Origin: Planctomycetales bacterium
GTDB taxonomy: Bacteria > 4484-113 > JAFGCY01
Assembly: GCA_022646745.1 (NCBI GenBank)
Contig: CP060262.1
Coordinates: forward strand, 150,001-182,000
Direction of reading: 5' to 3'
Length of the DNA stretch: 32,000 nucleotides
Positions 1-7,746 of this stretch are shown piece by piece; the stretch's first letter is position 1; each line of letters starts with the position of its first letter. The position numbers were made by a program, and so were the translations under genes. A model generated the notes under the pieces. It did not search any database. It worked only from the letters and a program-made list of their open reading frames with translations, and had not been told where the DNA came from.

Positions 1-708
1 GACGGGCTGCCGGTGCTGACAGTGCAGAACGGCAGCGGCGGGGTGTACCTCGGGGTCAGTGCCACGGCCACGCCATCATCGGACCTAGACTGGGCCGATG
101 TGAACGTCAGCGGTGCGGCGACCCTGAACCTGCCGGAACTGGCCCTCGTTGGCAACCGGGTCTGTGTCGGCAGCTACCAGTATGGCGGTGCCGGCGAGGC
201 CTACTTCAGCGGTGCCAGGATCAGCCACCCGGTGAATGCCTCGGACTTCGACAGCTTCCCGGTCTGGACCGTCGGCATCGAGGCCCAGCGCCCAAGCGTG
301 CTGGCCTGCGGTGGCTACCCGGCGATGCTGGTGCCGGACCTGGACAGCGGGGAGCTGGACTTCCTCTACTCATCCGAGCCCCAGCCCACCAGCGCCGCCA
401 GCTGGTTCGTGCATTCCGTGGCAACGGACTCGCCGGACTTCATCAACCCGGACAGTGTGCTGCTGGACGGCAAACCGGCCGCATCATTCGGGCGCTCAGA
501 CATCAACTTCGCCTGGGGCAGGCGCGGCATCCCGGACCAGCCGGATGACTGGCTGCTGCAGCAGGGCATGGAGGAAGGGATCATCAACTTCGGCATCGGT
601 GCAACGAGCATCGTGGTGTCTGACTACCTGCCGGTGATCGCATTCACTGAGTATGACAACATCAATGGCGTGCGGCATGTGGCGATTGCAGTGGCGACGG
701 AGCAGTGA
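1..708 (+). CDS. C-terminal fragment (5' end outside the window) of a divergent member of the repeat-propeller surface protein family found at 7775-19061
   Basis: Frame 1 is open from base 1 to the TGA at 706-708; the listed ORF starts at an internal GTG at 13. A periodic motif about every 45 aa (LVGNRVCV, ACGGYPAMLV, LDGKPAASF, DYLPVIAF) mirrors the GNPAIAY blades and the final blade of the downstream paralogs. Confidence 0.6.
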   Translation, partial: DGLPVLTVQNGSGGVYLGVSATATPSSDLDWADVNVSGAATLNLPELALVGNRVCVGSYQYGGAGEAYFSGARISHPVNASDFDSFPVWTVGIEAQRPSVLACGGYPAMLVPDLDSGELDFLYSSEPQPTSAASWFVHSVATDSPDFINPDSVLLDGKPAASFGRSDINFAWGRRGIPDQPDDWLLQQGMEEGIINFGIGATSIVVSDYLPVIAFTEYDNINGVRHVAIAVATEQ

Positions 709-714
709 GGGGAG

Positions 715-953
715 TGGAAGAAGTCTGAATAGTTTGGATAGTGGAAGAAGTGGAAGAAGTAAGTCGGAGCTAGACAGGGAAGAGTCTGTCCCGTTTGGCA
801 ATACTACCGGTGCTACCTGCCTACTGACTTCTACCTACTGACTTCTACCTACTGACCACTGGCCACAGCCAACTGACCACTGACCACTGACTACTGACCA
901 CTGACAACTCAACTACTTACACTATTCAGGACTATTCCCACTATCCCCACTAT
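715..953. repeat. Low-complexity intergenic block of short tandem word repeats
   Basis: Contains gtggaagaagt x2-3, ctgacttctacctactg x2, several ctgaccact units and actattcaggact x2. The last has an inverted partner, agtctgaatagt, near 733. Confidence 0.6.
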
Positions 954-1811
954 TCAGGACTTCCCTCCAACCTCCGCACTCCTCACTCCAACCTTCTTCT
1001 TGAGTACCACCAGCGCAATCCCGCCGAGGATCACCACGCTGCAGATTGCCAGCCTCGGCGTAAGCACCTCGCCCAGCAGCAGCACCCCACCCAGCGCGGC
1101 GATCGGCGGCACGCTGAGCTGCACCGTGGCCGCCGTGACCGAGGCCAGCGAGCGTAGTGCGGCATACCACAGCACGTAGCCGATACCGGATGCCAGTGCG
1201 CCGGAGAGCACCGCCCAGCCCCAGCCATCCAGCTTCTGCTGGGTGAACTGCGCCAGCGCCAGCCACAGCAGGATGGCCGGCAGGGCAGCGCGGATGAAGT
1301 TGCCGGCGGTGGCGGCGGCCGGGTTGGCAATACCCTTGCCGCGCAGGGAATAGATCCCCCAGGCGACGCCGGCGGCCAGCATGAACAGTGAGCTCACAAG
1401 CGGCGGCTGGCTGAGGCCCGGCAGCAGCAGGTAGAGCACGCCGGCGGCCGCCAGCAGGAAACCGGCGAGGCGCAGGCCGGACAGCCGCTCGCCGCGGGAC
1501 AGGCCGTAGCCGATCATCGTCACCTGCACGGCACCGAACAGCAACAGCGCGCCGGTGGCGGCACTCAGCTGCATGTAGGCCGCGGAGAAGAAGCCGGCGT
1601 AGGCCAAAAGCGCCAGGGCGGAGGGCCAGTTGCCCTGCACACGCTGGCGGTGGACCAGCATCATCAGCCACAGCATCGCCGCGCCGGACAGCACACGCAG
1701 CATGGTGAAGGACGCCGGGTCGATGCTGCCTGAGGCCAGCGCCAGGCGGCAGATGATCGAATTGCCGGCGAAGGCCAGCATCGCCAGCGCGGTGAGGATG
1801 AGGGTGGTCAT
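954..1811 (-). CDS. EamA/DMT-superfamily permease (10-TM drug/metabolite transporter family)
   Basis: 285-aa ORF with an ATG at 1809-1811. It is hydrophobic throughout, with two-halves EamA-like organisation (N-terminus MTTLILTALAMLAFAGNSIICRLAL). The overlapping ORFs at 922..1671 and 1031..1330 are Arg/Pro/Ala-rich alternative-frame artefacts. Confidence 0.8.
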   Translation of the reverse strand: MTTLILTALAMLAFAGNSIICRLALASGSIDPASFTMLRVLSGAAMLWLMMLVHRQRVQGNWPSALALLAYAGFFSAAYMQLSAATGALLLFGAVQVTMIGYGLSRGERLSGLRLAGFLLAAAGVLYLLLPGLSQPPLVSSLFMLAAGVAWGIYSLRGKGIANPAAATAGNFIRAALPAILLWLALAQFTQQKLDGWGWAVLSGALASGIGYVLWYAALRSLASVTAATVQLSVPPIAALGGVLLLGEVLTPRLAICSVVILGGIALVVLKKKVGVRSAEVGGKS

Positions 1812-1865
1812 TGCTGCGTGATGAGTGTACTACTGAGTGGAGCTGCGACTTCAGTCGCTGGAAAG

Positions 1866-1992
1866 ACCCATGACTACAGACTCCAGAAGTCAGACTCCAG
1901 ACTACAGTCTACAGATCTCAAGCCGTAGCCCTCTGCGTCAATGTACCGAATTGCCAATCTGAAGTCTGGGGTCTAGGGTCTGAGATCTGATT
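1866..1992. repeat. Imperfect long palindrome / low-complexity element
   Basis: cagatctca (about 1909) pairs with tgagatctg (about 1980). gactccagactacagtctacag is opposed by gaagtctggggtctagggtctg. There is also a small hairpin, gcgacttcagtcgc, at about 1845. Confidence 0.45.
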
Positions 1993-1993
1993 T

Positions 1994-2140
1994 TCGCCTC
2001 GCATACGCTCGGGTGGCACCGGGGTCAGCGAAGTGGTTTTCTAAACGCGGAGTCGCGGAGACGCTGAGGAAAACGGACGTGCGAAACTGGTTTGCGCACA
2101 ATGGATCGCAATGAATGTACTCGATCTGGCAATGCCGCAA
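1994..2140. repeat. Third copy of the ~150-bp intergenic repeat family also present at 6191-6337 and 6347-6500
   Basis: Shared blocks: tcgc(a)tacgctcggg; gtggttttctaaacgcggag versus atggttttctttaacgcgaag; ctcgatctggcaatgc versus ctcgatctggcccatgc. Confidence 0.5.
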
Positions 2141-2261
2141 TCCTCCCCGTGCCCTCACCACTCTGCTACCCCCAACAACCTGGCTCCTACGTCCTCACCC
2201 GCCGCCGGCCGGATTGCCATCCCCACCCTGGGCGATCAAGCCTGCGGCCTGACTAATCTGC

Positions 2262-2322
2262 CGTCTCACGCAAGCGCTCGACGGTCTGGCGCTGCGGCTG
2301 CGCATTCGCGCATCCGGGTCTC
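2262..2322. repeat. Dispersed copy of the repeat family found at 20901-21291
   Basis: tctcacgcaagcgctcgacggtctg matches cctcacgcaagcgctcggcggtctg at 20911 and 20988. The following gcgctgcggctgcgcattcgcgcatccgggtc is the reverse complement of gacccggatgcgcgaatgcgcagccgcag at about 21107. Confidence 0.6.
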
Positions 2323-2572
2323 GCTGAACTCACTACACCCGGGATGTCCGGCGGCTGATGGGATGAGCGGCGCAAATCGGTTACTTTGTTTGGGTTATAT
2401 CAATTGGCAACAACAGGACACCCTGCACGATGTTCACACAAGGATTGCCAAAGGAGATGAAAAAGGGGGTAACAAAAAAGCCGAAATCAGCCTAGACTGA
2501 GTAACCCGCCGGAGGGGCAACTGTCAGGTGATTACCGTCACTGTACACATAGGCACTCAAACAGTACATCAA

Positions 2573-2788
2573 TTAATCTTCTCTTTTCTCAAAGATCAAT
2601 TCCCATTCATATACTGCATCATTATCACCATCATGCTCAATGAAACCGATTAGATCTTCAAACGCATGGATTTCTCCTTGGTTAACAATTCGATCAACGC
2701 AACGATAACCTCGGCGATCACCTTCCTCTATGTACGTGCCGGCTTCCTGGACAGTTCCAGTAAACTCATACTTAAACTTAGTTGGCAT
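2573..2788 (-). CDS. Small acidic hypothetical protein (71 aa), third gene of the low-GC islet
   Basis: ATG preceded by AAGGAG (minus strand gttcAAGGAGtaggttATG). D/E-rich. Separated from the upstream gene by a 240-bp AT-rich spacer. Confidence 0.6.
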   Translation of the reverse strand: MPTKFKYEFTGTVQEAGTYIEEGDRRGYRCVDRIVNQGEIHAFEDLIGFIEHDGDNDAVYEWELIFEKRED

Positions 2789-3028
2789 AACCTACTCCTT
2801 GAACTAGTATAGACATTCAGAAATCACTATAACACATTTATTGTCCTACTACTTATTCTGATTCTCGAATCAACAGTTTACAACATTCACCGCAAGATTG
2901 TGAGATTCAGTGTGCTATCAATAAGAAATTAAGAAGATAATGGTCAATGCAACTAACCATGATTGACAACGCTGCCGTACAATTAGATTAATGATCTGAG
3001 CTTAATTGCTACAGAAAGTTCTGCAAGA

Positions 3029-4051
3029 TTACGCAAATAAGTCCATCTGCTTATTTTGTTCTTGATTGCTAACAACCTGCCTGGAAAATTTTCTCGCAAC
3101 AGATTTCTTACTTAGAATATCCGCAGCAAATTTTCCTATGTTCTTTCTATTCTCATAGACAGGTCTGTAATTCCATTTAACATTCGAAGCTGAAACTGAT
3201 ATGAAGTCATTATCAGCTGCGAATTTTATTGACTTCCTTAACTGTCGCTGCTCTTCTTCGATTGAACTCATTAACTCAATACAACTCAACAATTTATCCT
3301 GTTGAATTTCCGAGTTTTCTTGCACTTCTCCGTTGCTTGTTTGCGCATAGACAATTTTATACATCTCGTAAACATATTCAATTCGATGTACAGGACTAAG
3401 CCCATCATTCGTTGTTAGGTAATCAATGCCATAATGTTCAATATCATCTATTTTTATCTTCACATCATCATCAAAAACAGCCCCAAGTAGTTTAGATCCT
3501 GATTTTATTCCGTATAGGTCTATATGGTTTGTATCCTCTCGCCTTAACCTAAGACCAACACCACTCGTATTCATTGATTTTGATACTGCAGACCAAACAC
3601 CACAATCACTTATTGAAGTGTAATTAGAAGTTTCATTTCTTAATCTTGTAATATCATCATCTTCTATAATCAGCAACTTGTGATAGTTTGGGTTTCTAAC
3701 ATGAAGCTTCTTCCCCTCTATTATTATCTCGTTGACTTGACCCATCCTATTAATTTGCTCATGAAGTTCTTTGCTTTGTTTATCTGGCATGTATCCTGCC
3801 TTATACTCGCAAATCACCAGATCTTTATCTCGTTGCAACAACAAGTCTGGTCTGTATGTCCTTCCATCTATACAGCGAATCATTGGCCAACGATAAACTT
3901 TACCCTGAACAAATCTTTGCCACCAAAACGATAATCCGTCTATTACGGATTTTGTCTTATTGCAGATATCATACTTAGCTTGATAATCATTAAACTTATA
4001 GTAATAGTGGTCTTTCTTTTCCTGCTTAACTGGGAGTGGCGGTTTTCTCAT
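3029..4051 (-). CDS. Hypothetical protein with an N-terminal PD-(D/E)xK (restriction-endonuclease-like) nuclease motif
   Basis: 340-aa ORF with an ATG at 4049-4051 preceded by GGAGAGG. Motif TYRPD(69)LLLQRDKDLVIC-E(82)YK(84), encoded at about 3800-3850, has the form PD-x12-ExK. I recognise nothing in the C-terminal ~230 aa. Confidence 0.7.
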   Translation of the reverse strand: MRKPPLPVKQEKKDHYYYKFNDYQAKYDICNKTKSVIDGLSFWWQRFVQGKVYRWPMIRCIDGRTYRPDLLLQRDKDLVICEYKAGYMPDKQSKELHEQINRMGQVNEIIIEGKKLHVRNPNYHKLLIIEDDDITRLRNETSNYTSISDCGVWSAVSKSMNTSGVGLRLRREDTNHIDLYGIKSGSKLLGAVFDDDVKIKIDDIEHYGIDYLTTNDGLSPVHRIEYVYEMYKIVYAQTSNGEVQENSEIQQDKLLSCIELMSSIEEEQRQLRKSIKFAADNDFISVSASNVKWNYRPVYENRKNIGKFAADILSKKSVARKFSRQVVSNQEQNKQMDLFA

Positions 4052-5039
4052 TGTGCCTCTCCAAGTTGAAATTCACATCAATTGTATCTAGTATATCCAA
4101 CATAAAGGTTCTATCTGCAGACTTGGAAGCACTGAGGTAGATGTTTAACTTGTATCCACCATCGACTTCCATTCTGTAAAATTTAAGTGAGACTACACCA
4201 CCAGACCACTTGCTAAATATTTTCAAGGATACTCTTTCTTCTTCGGTACCCCAAGATACACTGTGTCCATGTTGATACAATTCACTATTTAGTGCAGAGA
4301 ATAGATGCTCCTCCTCCTTAATCGAACGTAAAACAAAGCTATAAAATCCGGTAACACGATTATTGGTATAACTTTCTAATCTATCCTCTATTAACTCTAT
4401 TCTCTCTAGCATGGAAGGAATAAGTAATTCCCATGAATATGGGTCAATTCCATTCTTGTTATATATTTGAAAGTATCTATCAAGTGAAAACAGTGGTTTT
4501 TTTATCTGTACTCTGTCCAAGTATTCATTTCCTATTTCAAGAGTAGCGCGAAGCTGATCTAAATACCTTTCATTAACATATTTCTGTTTTTTCCCTGTTC
4601 TGGCATAAGAATTACTTGACGCCAAGAACAGCAAGTCCTGCCCCGTTACTTTATTAAATTGCTCAAGTAGGCTTAGGAATTCATCGTTTGACATTATGAT
4701 TGGCTCAATTCCAATACTAGGGTTGAACAACAAGTAATTCCGTAGGAATAGTCGAATCTTATACTCATTGGAGTTGATTATCAGAAAGCGGAAATCACTA
4801 GTATTTGTCAGTACAACTGGATATTCAGTTATCTGAATCTCATTTGGCTCCCCACCCCAATAAAATGTAGCACGGATATTACTTGTACCAACTCTGACTA
4901 GCTCAACAGTTCCAATTGTGTTTTCCTGCCATGTTCCAATATTATGATCCAATTCTTCCCAGCAGTTGTTGAACACTCTAACAGGAATTGCCAAGTGTTC
5001 TCTCCAATCAAGTTGCTGGAATAGTTTTATATCTATCAT
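4026..5039 (-). CDS. Hypothetical protein (337 aa), first gene of the low-GC islet; no recognisable motif
   Basis: ATG at 5037-5039, only 2 nt after the moxR TAG. A GGAG lies 5 nt upstream, within the moxR 3' end. Its 3' end overlaps the next gene by 26 nt. No Walker A or other signature was seen. Confidence 0.65.
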   Translation of the reverse strand: MIDIKLFQQLDWREHLAIPVRVFNNCWEELDHNIGTWQENTIGTVELVRVGTSNIRATFYWGGEPNEIQITEYPVVLTNTSDFRFLIINSNEYKIRLFLRNYLLFNPSIGIEPIIMSNDEFLSLLEQFNKVTGQDLLFLASSNSYARTGKKQKYVNERYLDQLRATLEIGNEYLDRVQIKKPLFSLDRYFQIYNKNGIDPYSWELLIPSMLERIELIEDRLESYTNNRVTGFYSFVLRSIKEEEHLFSALNSELYQHGHSVSWGTEEERVSLKIFSKWSGGVVSLKFYRMEVDGGYKLNIYLSASKSADRTFMLDILDTIDVNFNLERHNEKTATPS

Positions 5040-5041
5040 AC

Positions 5042-6079
5042 CTACTCCGCGGTCGTCTGAACACTCGCGATGATGTCCTTCACCACCTTGTCGCTCGACA
5101 CGCCCTCGGCCTCGGCCTCGAAGTTGAGGATCGTGCGGTGCCTAAGCACCGGCAATGCCACGCGGCGGATGTCGTCGTAGCTGAGGTTGAAGCGGTTGTC
5201 GAGCAGGGCGAGCACCTTGCCGCAGAGGATCAGGGCCTGCACGGCGCGCGGGCTGGCGCCGTAGCGCACGTAGCGGCGCACGCTCTCCGGCGCGCGCACG
5301 TTGTCAACATGCGTGGCCATCGCCAGGCGCACCGCATAGCGCACCACATGCTCGGCCGCCGGCACCTGGCGCACGATCTTCTTCATCTCGATGATGCGCG
5401 CGCCCTTCACCGCCGGCTGCACGGTGGCGAACTTCGCCGTGGTGGTGCGGTCGATCACCTCCATCAGCTCGTCCTCGCTCGGGTAGTCCACGTTGATCTT
5501 CAGCATGAAGCGGTCGAGCTGCGCCTCCGGCAGGGGGTAGGTGCCCTCCTGCTCCAGCGGGTTCTGCGTTGCCAGCACCAAAAACGGCGGCGGCAGCTCG
5601 CGGCGCTCGCCGTAGACCGTCACGCTGCGCTCCTGCATGCTTTCGAGCATGGCGGACTGCGTCTTCGGCGTGGCACGGTTGATCTCGTCGGCGAGGATGA
5701 TGTTGGCGAAGATCGGGCCGGGGATGAACTTGTAGGCCTTGTGGCCGTGCTCATCCTCCTCGATGATGTTCGTACCGGTGATGTCCGCGGGCATCAGGTC
5801 CGGCGTGAACTGGATGCGGTTGAAGTCGAGGTCGATCGCGTCAGCCAGCGTGCGGATCAAGAGTGTCTTGGCCAGGCCGGGGACACCCTCGAGCAGGGCG
5901 TGGCCATCGGCGAACAGGGTGACCAGCACTTCCTCGATCACGGCCTTCTGGCCGACGATCACCTTGCCGACTTCTGACTCAATGGCCCGGTAGTCCGTCT
6001 GGAACTCCTGGCAGATGCGCTGTACATCAGCGGGGGAAATATTGCTCAGATCCATGTCCTCTCCACTAGTTCGATCCAT
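5042..6079 (-). CDS. moxR: MoxR-family AAA+ ATPase
   Basis: Walker A LLEGVPGLAKT, Walker B ILADEINRA, sensor region LATQNPLEQEGTYPLPEAQLDRF. The start is probably ATG 6079 (MDRTSGED) or ATG 6055 (MDLSN, preceded by GGAGAGG). The ORF-track start at 6199 lies in repeat DNA. The antisense ORF 4988..5977 is rejected. Confidence 0.88.
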   Translation of the reverse strand: MDRTSGEDMDLSNISPADVQRICQEFQTDYRAIESEVGKVIVGQKAVIEEVLVTLFADGHALLEGVPGLAKTLLIRTLADAIDLDFNRIQFTPDLMPADITGTNIIEEDEHGHKAYKFIPGPIFANIILADEINRATPKTQSAMLESMQERSVTVYGERRELPPPFLVLATQNPLEQEGTYPLPEAQLDRFMLKINVDYPSEDELMEVIDRTTTAKFATVQPAVKGARIIEMKKIVRQVPAAEHVVRYAVRLAMATHVDNVRAPESVRRYVRYGASPRAVQALILCGKVLALLDNRFNLSYDDIRRVALPVLRHRTILNFEAEAEGVSSDKVVKDIIASVQTTAE

Positions 6080-6190
6080 TATAGACGGCAGAGCCGGGAG
6101 GCAGAAGGCAAAAGGCAGAAGGCCGGCCGCTGGCGCCAGTGATCTGACGCCGGATGCGGCGCTTGGGTTTTCAGGGGAATGCCGCAAGGC

Positions 6191-6337
6191 TCGCTGCACT
6201 CGGGCTGCGTTGAGCAGGGGTGGGATAGATTTATCTAACGCGAAGACGCGAAGGAAGATGAGCGGGAGATACCTTAGCGCCTCAGCGTCTTAGCGTTAAA
6301 AGAAGCAGAGATGCGATCTCGAACTGGCCCGTGCGGA
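6191..6337. repeat. ~150-bp intergenic repeat, tandem copy 1
   Basis: Aligns block by block with 6347-6500: tcgctgcactcggg, taacgcgaagacgcgaaggaagatgag, ttagcgcctcagcgtcttagcgttaaa, atgcgatctcgaactggccc. It contains an internal imperfect inverted repeat, taacgcgaagacgc / gcgtcttagcgtta. Confidence 0.75.
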
Positions 6338-6346
6338 TGCACGACT

Positions 6347-6500
6347 CGCTACGCTCGGGATTCGTTTAGCAAAGGGGGGATGGTTTTCTTTAACGCGAAG
6401 GCGCGAAGACACGAAGGAAGATGAGAAAGAGATAACTTAGCGCCTTAGCGTCTTAGCGTTAAATGAAGCCGACATGCGATCTCGATCTGGCCCATGCGAG
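6347..6500. repeat. ~150-bp intergenic repeat, tandem copy 2
   Basis: Same blocks as copy 1, with an extra gcgcgaagaca sub-repeat. It ends 10 nt from the stop of the membrane-protein gene. Confidence 0.75.
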
Positions 6501-6510
6501 GCTCACTAGT

Positions 6511-7617
6511 TCATTGCGCGCTGTCGCTGCTGCTGTCCGCTGCCGGGGCCGGTGGAGCCTCCGCAGCAGCGGATCCAGCTTCCTGTGCCGGCAGTTCCTC
6601 CAGGCCGGGCAGTTCCTCGAGCCTGATGTTACCACCGCTGAGCTGTCCGACCTCCAGCTCGTGCCAGTTGTCGCTTTCGTCGAAGCTGCGCACCCGCACA
6701 ACGGCTGAGCCATGGCGAATGGCGAGCGGGGTCTGCACCACCAGCGGCCGGCCGCCGCCGGCGTACTCGAGGAAGATGGTCAGGCCACTGAGGCTGAAGC
6801 GCAGGCCCGGCAGGCTGGCATCGCCGAGCCTGAACTGGGCCGCCGGGTAGTTGCCGGCCTCAACCGGACGGGGGCCGAGGCGCAGCTGCTGTAGGCGCCC
6901 GCCGTTTTCCAGCTCCAGCCAGAAGGCGCGGTCGCGCCTGAGCAGCCAGGGCAGGAAGCCGCCGATGAACATCCCGGCGATGAAGCCCGCCAGCAGCATG
7001 CAGATCGAAAGCTGGAACATACTGCCGGACTCTACCGCCAAGCGGCTGAATGGTGCGAGCAGCAGCATGCCGAGCATCCCGCCGATGCTGCCGATCAGCA
7101 GGCCCCACTCACCGGGCAGGTTGTCAACCGCATGCGGCAGCACGACCCAGGCGCCGGCGGCGCAGGTGAAGAACAGCAGCATTTCTACGGGCAGGATCCC
7201 GCTGATGCCGGAGATGCCCTGCACCATGATGTAGAACAGCGCGAACACGCTCAGCAGCAGGCCCGAGATGAGGCTGTGGAGGATCGCCAGCGGCAGCATC
7301 CTGCGCAGTCCGAGGAAGGGGTTGCGGCGGATGCCCAGCAGCGCCTGCCAGACAAGGGACAGAAGCGGCAGCAGAACCAGCATGCCGCCCAGCAGGCCGA
7401 TGATCATGCTGGCGCCGACATAGAGCAGCAGGGTGCCGAACAGGTTGATGAGCTGCATGAGCCCGGGGGTGGCGCTGATGTTGTTGAAAACGGCGGCCAC
7501 ATAGCTGACCCCGTCCTGCAGCAGGCCGGCGGCAGCCACCAGCGGCAGGCTGGCCAGCAGCCAGGCGAGGCCGAAGCCGAGGATGGCACCAAGGCGCGTC
7601 AGGAAACCTTGCGGCAT
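6511..7617 (-). CDS. Polytopic membrane protein with a C-terminal soluble domain of about 110 aa and an acidic/Ala-Pro tail; function unknown
   Basis: The start is taken at ATG 7615-7617 (MPQGFLTRLGAILGFGLAWLL). There are about 6-7 hydrophobic helices, then RRDRAFWLELENGG...VVRVRSFDESDNWHELEV. No clear SD was seen. The 501-nt upstream extension of the listed ORF (to 8118) runs antisense into the lipoprotein gene and is rejected. Confidence 0.6.
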   Translation of the reverse strand: MPQGFLTRLGAILGFGLAWLLASLPLVAAAGLLQDGVSYVAAVFNNISATPGLMQLINLFGTLLLYVGASMIIGLLGGMLVLLPLLSLVWQALLGIRRNPFLGLRRMLPLAILHSLISGLLLSVFALFYIMVQGISGISGILPVEMLLFFTCAAGAWVVLPHAVDNLPGEWGLLIGSIGGMLGMLLLAPFSRLAVESGSMFQLSICMLLAGFIAGMFIGGFLPWLLRRDRAFWLELENGGRLQQLRLGPRPVEAGNYPAAQFRLGDASLPGLRFSLSGLTIFLEYAGGGRPLVVQTPLAIRHGSAVVRVRSFDESDNWHELEVGQLSGGNIRLEELPGLEELPAQEAGSAAAEAPPAPAADSSSDSAQ

Positions 7618-7737
7618 GCAACATGATACGCGCAGTGGCGCACGGAAGTGTTCAGTGGAGGCCGGCGCAGGGCTGCATGGAAATGGGGAAACACTGATCA
7701 AATGAATGTACATCCGCCAGGCGGCCCGGTGGGCAGA

Positions 7738-7746
7738 TGTTAAATT
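7738..7746 (+). promoter_or_regulatory. Extended -10-like motif TGTTAAATT upstream of lipoprotein paralog 1
   Basis: TGnTAnnTT lies 28 nt before ATG 7775. The same motif class sits at a similar distance before paralogs 2, 3 and 4. Confidence 0.35.

Larger units (their letters stand above)
2380..5041. other. Low-GC genomic islet (putatively horizontally acquired three-gene cassette)
   Basis: Hand GC counts are 21/60 at 3061-3120 and 18/60 at 4441-4500, against 40/60 at 5101-5160. The right edge is abrupt at the moxR stop codon (5042-5044). The left edge is gradual (2380-2570). Confidence 0.75.

Noticed and set aside
922-1671. 249-aa minus-strand ORF, plus 1031..1330
   Set aside because: These are alternative frames of the EamA transporter gene with Arg/Pro/Gly/Ala-rich translations. 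The hydrophobic frame is clearly the real one.
2111-2500. 129-aa plus-strand ORF in the gap between the EamA gene and the islet
   Set aside because: It is built from the dispersed repeat elements (copies of the 6191 and 20901 families). It has no SD and a low-complexity Ala/Pro/Ser translation, so it is probably non-coding.
2380-5041. Classical mobile element (IS, integron cassette, or prophage remnant at a tRNA)
   Set aside because: I found no transposase, integrase, terminal inverted repeats, target-site duplication, attC-like site or tRNA gene at either edge. The islet is therefore called only by composition.
4988-5977. 329-aa plus-strand ORF
   Set aside because: It is antisense to the well-supported MoxR ATPase gene. 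Its translation is Arg/Ala/His/Leu-rich with no motif, typical of a shadow ORF in high-GC DNA.
6191-6500. Possible CRISPR array
   Set aside because: There are only two long (~150 bp), imperfect, directly abutting copies and no short regular repeat-spacer periodicity. No cas genes are in the window.
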